NCBI RefSeq assembly: GCF_036365525.1
Contig: NW_027140807.1
Span: 62,001-126,000 of the forward strand
Length of the DNA: 64,000 nucleotides
Direction of reading: 5' to 3'
Origin: Heterodontus francisci
Taxonomy: Eukaryota
Part shown: positions 11,829-24,464 of the stretch, one piece after another
How positions within the stretch are numbered: the first letter of the stretch is position 1
Layout of the letters: each line of letters opens with the position of its first letter
Notes under the pieces: model-generated
Seen by the model: the letters and a program-made list of their open reading frames with translations, nothing else
Told to the model about the DNA's origin: nothing
Databases searched by the model: none
Translations under genes and position numbers: made by a program

Positions 11829-12936
11829 CTTTCACTATAACCTGTTCTCTTAATAGACACAGGAGTGAGATCAGGAGCTTAGAGTCTTGTAACTGTCCAA
11901 ATCCACTCTTTTCAAATCATTGGGAGGAACATGAAGAGCATTAGGATGTGATACAATGTTGGAGACGCCCATTCACCCAGTTCAACAAATCAGAATTGAA
12001 TTGGCTGCCATTCTGCTTCTCTCTCTCTCTCTCTATCTATCTCTATCTCAGTTTACCTTCCGCTCTCTTGCACTCTCTCTCTGTCTCTCTCTCTCTCTCC
12101 CCGCATGTGTCTAGGTTTATGTCTCCCACTCTCTTCCTTTCTCAGACTCTCTCTCCCATTCTATCTCAGTCTATCTTCGCTCACTTTTTCTCTCTGACTC
12201 TCTGTCTCCTCATGTATCTAAGGTTATGTCTCCCATTCCCTCCTTCTCTCTGACTCTCCCTCTCTCTTACTCTTGTTATCTCTTCAGTTTATTTCCCTGT
12301 TTCTGTCTCTCTCTTGATCTATCTTCCTATCTGTCGCAGGCTCTTTAGCTCAGTCTCTCTTTCTCTCCGTCTCTCTCTCAGTGTCTCTCTCTCTCTCTCA
12401 TTATGTGTCTCTTGCTGTCTCACTGTCTTTGCCTCTATCTCTGTCTCCCTCTCTGTCTCAGTCTCTTTAACTCTACCTGTCGTTTTTCCTCTCTCTCACT
12501 GGATCTCGCTCTCTCTTTCACACACATACACTCTCTTTCTCTCTCTAAAGGAGTGGGTGTCCTTGTCCTGTTGATGTATATCAAGCTGGATCTGCATGAT
12601 CTCCTGCTCTATTAGTTTTCTCACTAAATCCTTCTCAAAGCCATTGTCCGGTCTATGGTCCTGGATCCCCCTCTGCTGTCCCTGTGGAGAAGGTAAAAAC
12701 AGGGTCATAAAAACCCAGATTATTGTCATTGATTCCTGATAGTTACATTCTGAAATCTCGTGACATCCTTATTAATCGTTCATTGCACCCTCGGCAGTAC
12801 CTGTAAATCTAGTGTGTCACTACAATCATAACTCAACTCTTTTTATTGCAAGAAACACTGTCACTCTGCATAAGGGAACGGTAGGTCAAGGTACCGAGCA
12901 ATTTTATCTGTAACAGATGTTTCCTGCTGCCTTTGA

Positions 12937-13061
12937 TGTTTTTGTTGAACTGCTCCATCTCTCTGAGTCACTGTGATCTCTCCAGGCACAGAAATACACG
13001 GCCGAGTGATTCTCCCGCAGGCTGGAGGTCTCCAGTTTGAAGTCGTATTTATTTAGTCTTT
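12937..13061 (-). pseudogene. TRBV: 5'-truncated TRBV remnant (FR3 only) with intact 23-RSS
   Basis: RLNKYDFKLETSSLRENHSAVYFCAWRD, then CACAGTG-23-ACAAAAACA (12937-12975). The upstream part is replaced by CR1 sequence. Confidence 0.88.
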
Positions 13062-16050
13062 GGGAGTATATAGAGAGAAACTATTACCGCTGGTTTGGGA
13101 ATCTAGGACTAAGAGGCAAAGACTAAAAATTAGAGCCAGACTTTTCAGGAGTGAAATTAGGAAACACTTTTACACACAATGGGTGGAGAGGTTTGAACTC
13201 TCTTCTGCTCACGGAAATTGATGCTGAATCAATTGTTAATTTGAAATCGGAGATGGATTGGTTTTTGTGATCCAAAATATATTAAGGGATATGGGGCAAA
13301 GGCGGGAATATGGAGTTAGATCACAGATCAGCCATGGTCTCGTTGAATGGTGGTACGGAATTGAGGGCCTGAATGGCCCCTTCCTGTTCCTGCCTTTGTC
13401 TTAGCAGTTTCTGCTGGCATTGAATTCTGTATTTTGGGTAAAGAATTCTCCTCAACTCCCTATCGGATTTCAGTTTTTCTCAGCGTTTATTCTCTGTTTT
13501 ATTCCTATCCTCTTCGTCCCCTAGTCTTTGTACAATCAGCTAATGGGAACAGTTTTTCTTTGTCTACTTTATCTAAACCTCTCTTCATTTTGTACACTTC
13601 TGTCAAATCTCCCCTCAATTTCCTTTGCTCCAAGGAGAACAACCCCAGCTTCACCAAACTAACCATGCAGCAAAAATCTCTCATCCCTGGAACCATCCCG
13701 GTAAATCTCCTCTGCACCCTTTCAAGGACCCTACATCCTTCCTAAAGTGTGGTGACCAGAACCTGGCTCAGTACTCAAGTTGGGGCCTAACCAGAACCTC
13801 ATACATGTTGAGCATAACCACCCTGCTTTTGTACTTTATACCCCTATTCATGAATCCCAAGATCCCATAAGCTTCGTGAACCTCTCTCTCAATATGTCCT
13901 GCCACCTTCAAAGATCTATGCACATTAACCCCCAGGTCCCTCTGCCCTTGAACACTCTTCAGGCCTGTGTCATTAAGTCTGTATTCCCTCTCTGTCTCCC
14001 TTCTTCCAAAATGTATCACCTGATAGCAATGTAGTTCACTGTTAACTGCCTCTGAAATGGGCGAGCAAGTCATTCAGTTAAGGGCAATTCGGCATAGGTA
14101 ATGAATGCTGACCTTGTCAGTGATGTGCGCATCCCTGAATGTGTTTCTTTATATGAAATTCCTCCTTCTCCATTTTTCTTTCACTGTTTTCTGACTTTGC
14201 TTCCCCTCTTTACTTCCTTCAGATCATCTGTTTTAGTATATCACAAGTGTTTGCTCAAACCAGTCACTATGAACGAGCAGACTTGGGGAAATCCAGTTGT
14301 CTATTTTGTGTGGAATGGTTATGATTCTAATCTGTTTCAGAGTTAGTGGAATTGACTATTAGGTAGATGGGTCAAGTCACTGCTGTGTTGCTCGCTCAGT
14401 CTTTTCAGAAGCAAGTGGGACTCAGGCTGCGGTGGAGCTCCATCCCCATCTCGTGGCTGTAATCTGTAACTACAGGCACCTGAGATTTGCACAGTGCAAT
14501 TGATAAAATAGGCATTATGAAGACATGCTTTGTAATTGCTCCGTCTTCCCATTTTTTATCCATTGCTTAGGCTGCTGACGCTGGTGACATCGAATTAGGC
14601 CGGGGTGAATCTCCACGGGACATGCGTTAGAATTTTACCAGGTCAGATGGTGGAATTTAAATTCAATTAATGAATAAATAAAATCATTTCATCAGAAAAT
14701 CTGCAATTGAAAGCTTGTCTCTGTTAAGGGGCCCTGACACCCAGCTGGCTCACTCATTTCTTTTAGGGAAGGAAATCCACCGTCCTCACCTGGTCTGGTC
14801 TACATGTGACTTGAGACCCACAGAACACAAGAAATTGGAGCAGGTGAAGACAATATATCCCATCGAGCCTGCTCCGTCATTCAATACAATCATGGCTGAT
14901 CTTGGGCTTCAATTCCACTTTCCTGCCTGCTCCCCATATCCCTTCATTTCCTGAGGGATCAAAGCTCCCAGCCTTAAATGTATTCAGTGAAGGAGCATCC
15001 ACAACACTCTGGGGTAGAGAAATCCAAAGTTTCACAACCCTTTGAGTGAAGTCATTTCTCCTCATCTCAGTCCGGAATGATTGATCCCTTATCCTGAGAT
15101 TTCTCACTGCCTCTTTTCTTGAAAAGCCGTGTAACATTTGTCAGCTTTCAATCCGATGGGACCATTCCTGAATCTTAGGAATTCTGGAAAATCATAGCCA
15201 GAGCCTCCACTCTCTCTGCAGCTATCTCTTTTAGAACTCTGGTATATAATCCATCTGTTCCAGGGGACTTGTCAGATTTTAATCCCCCAAGTTTCTCCAA
15301 AACTTTTTCTCAATTGATATGAATATCCTTAATTTCCTCACTCTTTGTAGCCCCCAGATAACTTCCTATTTCTGGGATGGAACTTGTGTCTTCAACTGTG
15401 AAGACAAGCACAAAATATTAGTTCAATTCCCCTGCTACTTCCTCATTCCTCATGATGATTTCACCTGCCTTTACCTCGAAGGAACCAACGTCAGCTTCAG
15501 CTACTCTCTTGCTTTTTATGTAAAAGCTCCGACCATCTGTGTTTATATTGCTGGTTAGCTTATTCTCATATTTTATTCCCACATCCGATGAAAGAACATA
15601 AACAATGTCTTCATCCAGCCCTATCAGTATGAGGTGCTATTTCCTGCTGCCTAATGTTTTTATCCAGCATCCATTTACATATATCTGGTTATACACATCA
15701 TTTATTTCTGTGTGCTAGTGAATTCCACATTCTCACCACTCTGTGTAAATTCATTTCTTGGAGTTATTAGTGAGTATGATGTATTCATTACCTTCCTCAC
15801 AAATACAGACATCTTCTCTACCCTATCATATTCCTTCATAATCTTGAACACCTCTATCAGGTCACCCCTCAGCCTTCTCTTGACTGGGGAAAGGAATCCC
15901 AGACTTTTCAATCTTTCCTGATAGTTATAACCTTTTGTGCTCCGGTATCATTCTTGTAAATCGTTTTTGTACTTCTGCTCGTACCTCTCTGTGTAATATG
16001 GAGACTAGCACTCGACACAGCACTGCAGATTTGGTCCAATCAAGGTCGAT
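13062..16050. mobile_element. Cluster of degenerate CR1 LINE fragments on both strands
   Basis: RT C-terminal peptides, e.g. QRDLGVNVHRSLKV, VRPQLEY, LGLFSLEQRKLRGDL, FTQRVVKLW. Confidence 0.8.
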
Positions 16051-16421
16051 GGAAACCAGAACTGTACACAGGGCTCCAAATGCGCACTAGGTAAGGTATT
16101 TGGATGTAAGAACTGTCCCCAGCACTTCAGATGTCGTCTACACAGGCATCTCGAGCTGAGAATTGTGCACAGTGCTCCAGGTGTGGTGTAACCGAGGTAC
16201 GTGTTGAAGAGCCGTTCTGTGAACCATTATTCAGGTGTGGGCACAGAGTGTGGGGAGCCAGAACATGGGCGTTCTGCCACTCGAACGGGCTCTGAACAGA
16301 TGCAGATCTGCATCCGATCAGCCAGGGCTGCTCTTCACCGAATGCTGGGTTAAATGCACCCGTTAGAAGGGAGACGTGTGAGGGTTTTTGTCAAGGCAGC
16401 CAATGACTCTGAACCGCTGTG

Positions 16422-17155
16422 TCCCATCACCAGCTGCACAGAAATACACCGCCTCGTCCGTGGCGTTCACACTCTCGATCGTCAGAGTGGATTTCTTATT
16501 GTTCAGAGTCCTGGTAATAACAAACCCGCTCTTAAAACCATCTTCATACTGAGGTTCACTGCCGAGGTAAACAGAGCCCATTGAGAGGAATCCTCTGCTG
16601 GGGGACTGACGATACCAGTACATGTAGTTGCGAACTGTTCCTTTCTGCAGACAGTTCATTTCCACGGGTCCTGGTTGTTTAACAGCCAGTGACTGAGGCC
16701 ATTGATGTATCACATCACCCCGGCAAACACCTAGAAAGAGAAATTAGAGGGAATGAACTAGTATCGATGGAGTTACAATTGAGACGATGGGCGTCGGTGT
16801 TGCACCGAATTAACGACGGAAATTCAGTCTGTGTCCTAATTTCCTGCAAGCACCTGGATCTTTACAACTGTAAAATAGAATCGTGGAATCCACAAGTTTG
16901 CAAGTGGGTGCAAACATTAAAGAGTTAACATCATATTAATAACACTTGTCTTCCCAAACTAGGGGGCAGATGAATGAGTTCACTGTCTGATATGAAATAA
17001 TCGATTACTGATTTCACAAGTCACCGCCGCTCAGTTTTATTGAGATTATTAATCATCCCTTTCAGTTAAACAAATGTAGAAGAGTGATTGGGACAGAATT
17101 TTAACCTACTCAGCGCCAGAAGGGAAATAGCAAAGACGATGAAACTGAAAGACAT
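16422..17155 (-). CDS. TRBV: TCR beta V segment V6 (second family), apparently functional; leader 17155-17110, V exon 16730-16422
   Basis: Leader MSFSFIVFAISLLAL followed by GTAGG. V exon VCRGDVIHQWP..MNCLQKGTVRNYMYWYRQ..DEAVYFCAAGDG. RSS CACAGCG-23-ACAAAAACC at 16383-16421. Confidence 0.88.
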
Positions 17156-17904
17156 GTTTGCTGTGGATCTGAGAGACTTTCTGCTGGTTACTCTGGGTTT
17201 TAAGTGAGGGAGAGAGATGAGGTGTCAGCAGAGCGGTTCGTCATAAGAGGAAGTTATCTCAAGGCAATGATCCCCGCCCCTACCTTTAAGTTGTCCCCCA
17301 TTCTTTTGTTTGCTTCCTTCCGCCCCTTTCCACTTGTTTCTTCTCTGCATTTCCCTCCTTCCACCCCACTTTCTACTCTGCTGCCAATATCTTCACTCTC
17401 TTCCCTTTGTGAGCTTGCTTTCATGCTGAATCGAGGGAAATTTTGAAGGTAGCGAGGTGTTGGAGAGGGTAGGTGAAAAAAGCAAGGAGCGGTGCAACGA
17501 TAGCTGCTTTGAGTGACTCCAGAGCTTATGGCGCACAACAGGGGATTATTAACATCCTTTTGCAAATTAAAATCAGTAGTGGAGGAAGAGAAGATACATA
17601 GTTCGATGGCAGCGGAGGCGGCTCATATAACATCACTGTAAAGTGGCAATCTAACTGCATTTAGCCTTTAAAGTGAAAAGATTGCAGAAGCAGAGGAATT
17701 GACTCATTGATCAGCGGCGCCAAAGCCTGTGGTGGCGCGAAATATAGTGGAGCCACTGCGCCGACCAGTGGCAGCATGGTGCAACTGCAACAAGCTGTGT
17801 TTGTTCCTTTCCGAGTGAAACCCATGCTGTGGGCTTCTTCAAGTCACTTCCTGAAATTCATCCTCCTTCTCAGTGTTTCATCCTCTCCTGCAGAGGATTA
17901 TTAC

Positions 17905-18295
17905 CCGCAGAATTAACGATACAAATTCAGTCTTTGTCCTAATTTCCTCCCAGTATCTGTACAGATGTAAAGCAGAATAGTGAAATCTACATGAGTAAAA
18001 GTGGGTGTAGATGTTATATGGTTAACAGTATATTCTTAACACTTTTGTTGCCAAAAAAGGGGGAACAGATTAATGAGTTCACTATCTTATATTCAATAAT
18101 TGATTGCTGATTTCACAAGTCACCGCTGCACAGTCTTGTTGAGATCATTAATCAGTTGATCAAATGTAAAACAGTGATTGTGACAGAATTTAAACATACT
18201 CAGCGACAGAAGGAAAATAGCAAACGTCGATGAAATTGAATGGCATGTTTGCGGCGGATCTAAGACACTTTCTGCTGATTGCTCTGGGTTTAAGG
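17905..18295 (-). pseudogene. Orphan duplicate of the V6 intron, leader and proximal promoter, without a V exon
   Basis: Aligns by eye to 16805-17205. Leader ATG at ~18246 with one extra base (frameshift). Confidence 0.7.
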
Positions 18296-18299
18296 GAGC

Positions 18300-19910
18300 G
18301 AAGCTGAGGGAGGAAACATTAATGGGATTAGCATCCTTGAAAGTTGATAAATCACCAGGGCCGGATGAAATGAACCCAATGCTGTGAAAAGAAGCAAGAG
18401 AAGAAATAACAGAGCATCTTTTTGCAGTCCTCATTGATTACAGATGTGGCGCCGGAGGATTGGAGAATTGTTAATGTTGTGCCTCCGTTTAAAAAGGGAG
18501 GGAAGGATAGACTGACTACTTACAGGCCAGTAAGTCTGACCTCAGTAATGAGCAAATTATGGCAATCTATTCTGGGAGACAGGATAAACTGTCACTTAGA
18601 AAGGCATGGGTTAATCAAGGATAGTCAGCATAGATATGTTAAGGGACGATCTTGTTTGATCAACTTGATCGAATTTTTTGAAGAAGTAACAAGGAAGATA
18701 GACGAGAGTAGTGCAGTTGACGTGGTCTACCTGGATTTTAGCAAGGCTTTTGAAAAGGCTGCACATGGCAGACTGGTTCAAAAAAAACAAAATCCCATGG
18801 GATCAAGGGAAATGCAGCAAGGTGGATACAAAATTGGCTTCGTGGCAGGAAACAAAGGGTAATTGTTGATGGGTGTTTTAGCGACTGGAGGGCTGTTCCC
18901 AGTGGCGTTGCACAGGGCTCAGCACTGGGTTCCCTGATTTTTGTGGTTTTTATTAACGATTTGGATGTAAATGTAGGGGGGCATAATCCAAATGTATGTA
19001 GATAACACAAGGATTAGCCGTGTGGTAGATCGCGAGGTGGATAGCTGTAGGCTGCAGGAAGATATTGATGGTCTTGTCAGATGGGCAGAACAGTGGCAAA
19101 TGGAATCCAACTTGGAGAGGTGTGAGGTGATGCATTTGGGGAGGTCGAACAAGGCAAAGGAACATACGATTAATGGGAAAATACTGAGAAGTGTAGAGGA
19201 AGTGAGGGACCTTGGAGTGAATGTCCACAGATCCCTGAAGGTAGCAGAACAGGTCGATAAGGTGGTTAAGAAGGCATATGGAATCCGTTCCTTTCTTAGC
19301 TGAGGTATAGAATACAAGAACAGGGAGGTTATGCTGGAACTGTATACATCATTGGTTAGGCCACAACTTGAGTACTGTGTGCAGTTCTGGTCACCTCATT
19401 ACAGAAAGAATGTAATTGCACTAGAGAGGGTACAGAGGGGATTTACGAGGATGTTGCCAGAACTGGAAAATGCAGCTATGCGGAAAGATTGGATAGGCTG
19501 GGGTTGTTCTCCTTGGAACAGAGAAAGCTGAGGGGAGGTCTGTTTGAAATGTGCAAAATATTGAAGGGGCCTGGATAGAGTGGAGGTGAAGGGTCTATTC
19601 ATCTTGGCAGAGAGATCAGTGACGAGGGGGAAGAGATTTAATGTGATTGGTAGAAGAATTAGAGGGGAGATAAGGAAAACCTTAGAGGGTAGTGGGGGTC
19701 AGGTACTCGCTGCCTGAAAGGGTAGTTGAGGCAGACACTCTCAACTCATTCAAAGGAGTCTGGATATGCACCTCAAGTGCGGTAATCTGCAGGGCTATGG
19801 ACCAAATGCTGGAAGGTGTGATATGAATAGGTGGATTGTTTTTCGGCCGCCACCGACACGATGGGCCAAGTGGCCTCTTGCTGTTCCTTAAACTTTCTAT
19901 GATTCTATTG
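18300..19910 (+). mobile_element. 5'-truncated degenerate CR1 LINE (RT region to 3' end)
   Basis: [40 protein letters not shown]; frameshifted; ttctatgattctat tail. Confidence 0.9.
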
Positions 19911-20530
19911 GAGTGATAGAGTGTGTGTGAAAGTGCCAAGGAATGAGTGAGAGACATAGTGCGAGACAGAGTCAGAGAGGATGATATGGTGAAAAACAGA
20001 TAGAGTAAAAGAGAGGCAGTGATAGAGATAGATGGAGAAAGGGAGAAAAATATCTCTGTCTGTTTATCTATATCGCTATCTATCTATCTCTGTAGCTATC
20101 TGTCTAACTTTCTCTCTATTTATCCATCTGCATGGCTGTGTGTCTGTCTGTCTATCTGTGTCAATTTGTCTCTCTATCTGTATGAATCCGTCTGCCTGTC
20201 TTCATATCTACCTATCTCATTTCCCGGCGGAGCAGCAGGAGAAGGTAGCGACTCTTCGGTGGGTAAGTGAAGGCACCAGGAGCTGTGTTTTGAAAGTTGT
20301 ACTTACTGTTTTCCTTGTGTTCAAGTTACTTTTGGCGCGGGAGGAACCGGAAGCTGGACGGCAGCAAGGACTCCTGGGTAGGTATTTTCTTTAAAGGTGC
20401 GGAGCAGAGTTAACCCGAGACCCTTTTTACCCTCCTCCTCTAGCCAAAAAGGACTGAACAGGTAAGCTATTTCACTGTTTTTGTTAATATCTATATTTGT
20501 ACTTAATTAAGGGGTAATTGAGTAAAAGAA

Positions 20531-21451
20531 ATGGCAGCCAGGGGAGTGCAGTGCTCCTCCTGCAGTATGTTCGAGGTGAGGGGAACCTCCGGTGACCCTG
20601 CCGACTTCACCTGCTGGAAGTGCATCCGTCTCCAGCTCCTATCAGACCGTGTTAGGGAACTGGAGCTGGAGCTGGATGAACTGAGGATCATTCGGGAAGC
20701 TGAGGGGGTGATAGATAGAAGCTACAGCGATGTCGTTACTCCACAAAACAAAGGCAGCTGGGTAACAGTTAGAGGTGGGAAGAGGTCAGTGCAGGGATCT
20801 CCTGTGGTCGTTCCCCTCAGCAACAAGTATACAGTTTTAGATACTGTTGGGGGGGACGGCCTATCGGGGGCAGGCTGCAGTGAACGGGCCTCTGGCACGG
20901 GGTCCTGCACTGTGGCTCAGAAGGGAAGGAGGGAGAATGGGAGAGCACTAGTCATCGGGGACTCGATGGTGAGGAGTACCGACAGGCGGTTCTGTGGGCG
21001 CGAGCGAGACGCACGGATGGTTTGTTGCCTACCTGGTGCCAGGGTCCGTGATGTTTGTGATCGCGTCTTCAGGATCCTTAAAGGGGAGGGGGAGCAGCCA
21101 GAGGTCGTGGTGCACATTGGCACCAACGACGTAGGAAGGAAGGGTGGCACAGATGTTAGAAGTGAGTTTAGGGAGTTAGGCTGGAAGCTGAAAGCTCGGA
21201 CGGACAGAGTTGTTATCTCTGGTTTGTTGCCGGCGCCACGTGATAGTGAGGCTAGGAATAGGGAGAGAGCACAGCTGAACACGTGGCTGCAGGAATGGTG
21301 TAGGAGAGAGGGCTTCCAGTTCTTGGATAATTGGACTGCATTCTGGGGAAGATGGGACCTGTTCAAACAGGACGGGCTGCATCTGAACCAGAGGGGCACC
21401 AATATCCTGGGAGGGAGGTTTGCTAGTACTGTTCGGGAGGGTTTAAACTAG
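20531..21451 (+). CDS. CR1 ORF1p: CxxC..CxxC zinc finger, coiled coil, SGNH esterase domain
   Basis: CSSC/CWKC; GDS, GTND and DGLH motifs; intact 306 aa. Confidence 0.9.
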   Translation: MAARGVQCSSCSMFEVRGTSGDPADFTCWKCIRLQLLSDRVRELELELDELRIIREAEGVIDRSYSDVVTPQNKGSWVTVRGGKRSVQGSPVVVPLSNKYTVLDTVGGDGLSGAGCSERASGTGSCTVAQKGRRENGRALVIGDSMVRSTDRRFCGRERDARMVCCLPGARVRDVCDRVFRILKGEGEQPEVVVHIGTNDVGRKGGTDVRSEFRELGWKLKARTDRVVISGLLPAPRDSEARNRERAQLNTWLQEWCRREGFQFLDNWTAFWGRWDLFKQDGLHLNQRGTNILGGRFASTVREGLN

Positions 21452-24342
21452 TTTGGGAGGGGGATGGGAACCGGACTTGTAGTCCAGGGACCAGTGGGTC
21501 CACTCAGAAAGACAAAGAGTGTAGTGAGGTATTGGGGAAGGTAGCACTGTTGCAGAGGACAGATGGGCACGGAGAAGGGTTAAAGTGCGTATACTTCAAC
21601 GCAAGAAGCATCAGGAATAAGGTGAGTGAATTGAAGGCGTGGATGGGCACTTGGGACTACGATGTTGTGGCCATCACTGAAACGTGGATAGGTGAGGGGG
21701 AGGAATGGTTCTTGGAGGTACCTGGTTATAGATGTTTTCATAAGATTAGGAATGGTGGTAAAAGAGGTGGGGGGGTGGCATTGTTAGTTAGAAATAGTGT
21801 AACAACTGCTGAAAGAATTTTCGAGGAGGATCTGCCGACTGAGGCACTGTGGGTTGAGGTCAGGAACAGGAAAGGAGCAGTCACCTTGATGGGAGTTTTC
21901 TATCGGCCCCCCAATAGCAGCAGGGAGGTGGAAGAGCAGATTGGGAAACAGATTTTGGAAAGGAGCAGAAGTCACAGGGTAGTAATTATGGGGGATTTCA
22001 ACTTCCCAAATATTGATTGGCAACTCTTTAGATCGAATAGTTTGGATGGGGTAGTGTTTGTGCAGTATGTCCAGGAAGCTTTTCTGACTCAGTATGTAGA
22101 CTGCCCGACCAGAGGGGAGGCAATATTGGATTTGGTACTAGGTAATGAACCAGGGCAAGTGATAGAGCTGTTGGTGGGCGAGCACTTTGGAGATAGTGAT
22201 CACAATTCTGTAGCATTCACTGTGGTAATGGAGAGGGATAGGTATGTGCAACAGGGCAAGGTTTACAATTGGGGGAAGGGTAGATATGATGCTGTCAGGC
22301 AGGAACTGAGGAGCATAAGTTGGGAGCATATGCTGGCAGGGAAGGGCACGGTCGAAATGTGGAACTTTTTCAAGGAGCAGATAGTAGGGGCCATTGATAA
22401 GCATGTCCCTGTCAGACAGGGAAGGGATGGTCATGTGAGGGAACCGTGGTTGACAAGAGAGGTTGAGAGTCTTGTTAGGAAGAAGAAGGATGCGTATATA
22501 AGGTTGAGGAAAAAGGGCACAGGCATAGCTCTGGAGGGATACAAGATGGCCAGGAAGGATCTGAAGAAAGGGATTAGGAGAGCTAAGAGAGGGCATGAAA
22601 AATGCTTGGCGGGTAGGATAAAAGAAAACCCCAAGGCCTTTTACGCGTATGTCAGAAATATGAGGATGACTTGGGGGACCGTAGGTCCGGTCAAGGACAA
22701 TAGCGGGAGACTGTGTGTTGAGCCGGAAGAGATAAGTGAGGTTTTGAATGAGTACTTCTCTTCGGTATTTACGAATGAGAAGGGGTGTATTACTGAAGAG
22801 GACGGTGTGAAACAGACTGGTAAGCTCGAGGAAGTGCTCGTTAGGAGGGAAGATGTGTTGGGGTTTTTGAATAACTTGAAGATAGACAAGTCTCCCGGGC
22901 CTGACGGGGTATATCCAAGGATGTTATGGGAAGCAAGGGATGAAATTGCAGAGCCGCTGGCAATGATCTTTTCATCTTCTCTGTTGACGGGGGTGGTACC
23001 AGGTGATTGGAGGGTGGCAAATGTTGTGCCCCTGTTCAAGAAAGGGAATAGGAACAACCCTGGGAATTACAGGCCAGTTAGTCTTACTTCGGTGGTAGGC
23101 AAGTTGATGGAAAAGGTGCTGAGGGATAGGATTTCTGAGCATCTGGAAAGACACTGCTTGATTCGGGACAGTCAGCACGGTTTTGTGAGGGGTAGGTCTT
23201 GCCTCACAAGCCTGATTGAATTCTTTGAGCAGGTGACCAAGCAAGTGGATGAGGGTAAACCAGTGGATGTGGTGTACATGGATTTTAGTAAGGCATTTGA
23301 TAAGGTCCCCCATGGTAGACTTATGGAGAAAGTCAGGAGGCATGGGATAGTGGGGAATGTGGCCAGTTGGATTAAGAATTGGCTAACTGATAGAAGGCAG
23401 AGAGTGGTCTTAGATGGTAAATACTCAGCCTGGAGCCCAGTTACCAGTGGCGTGCCACAGGGATCAGTTCTGGGTCCTCTCCTGTTTGTGATTTTTATTA
23501 ACGACTTGGATGAGGAAGTCGAAGGGTGGGTCAGTAAATTTGCAGATGATACAAAGGTTGGTGGAGTTGTGGATACCGAGGAGGGCTATTGTCGTCTGCA
23601 AAGGGACTTGGATAGGTTGCAGTGATGGGCTGAAAAGTGGCAGATGGAGTTTAACCCTGAAAAGTGTGAGGTCGTCCATTTTGGAAGGACAAACACGAAT
23701 GCAAAATACTGGGTTAACGGTAGGGTTCTTGGGCATGTGGAGGAGCAGAGAGACCTTGGGGTCTATGTGCATAGATCGTTGAAAGTTGCAACTCAAGTGG
23801 ATAGGGCTGTGAAGAAGGCATATGGGGTGTTAGCGTTCATTAGCAGAGGGATTGAATTTAAGAGCCGTGAGGTGATGATGCAGCTGTACAGGACCTTGGT
23901 AAGGCCTCATTTGGAGTACTGTGTGCCGTTCTGGTCGCCTCATTTTAGGAAGGATGTGGAAGCCTTGGAGAGGGTGCAGAGGAGATTTACCAGGATGTTG
24001 CCTGGAATGGAGAATAAGTCTTACGAGGAAAGGCTGAACATTCTAGGCCTCTTCTCATTAGAACGGAGAAGGATGAGGGGTGACATGATAGAGGTTTATA
24101 AGATGATCAGGGGAATAGATAGGGTAGACAGTCAGAAACTTTTTCCCCGGGTGGAGCAAAGCGTTACAAGGGGTCATAAATTTAAGGTGAAGGGTGGGAG
24201 ATATAAGGGGGATGTCAGGGGAAGGTTCTTTACCCAGAGAGTGGTCGGGGCATGGAATGCCTTGCCTGGGGAAGTTGTTGAGTCAGAAACTTTAGGGACT
24301 TTCAAACGGCTTTTAGATAGGTATATGGATAAAGGAGAATGA
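21451..24342 (+). pseudogene. CR1 ORF2 (APE endonuclease + reverse transcriptase) with one premature TGA at 23623-23625
   Basis: NARS, ITETW, GDFN, SDH (APE); [14 protein letters not shown] (RT); the same frame continues past the stop. Confidence 0.92.
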
Positions 24343-24464
24343 TGGGGTATAGATTAAATTGTCCTTGACAGAGGACAAAGGATCGGCACAACATCGTGGG
24401 CCGAAGGGCCTGTTCTGTGCTGTATTTTTTCTATGTTCTATGTTCTATGTTCTATGTTCTATCT

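Larger units (their letters stand above)
1880..13061. repeat. Tandem segmental duplication of V units: 2163-4200 ~ 8206-10250 and 4230-6350 ~ 11050-13050
   Basis: Shared intron, promoter, CR1 and Penelope relics and flanks in the same order. Confidence 0.85.
20221..24462 (+). mobile_element. Full-length, near-intact CR1 LINE
   Basis: 5' UTR, ORF1, ORF2 (APE + RT) and (TTCTATG)n tail at 24429-24462. Confidence 0.95.
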
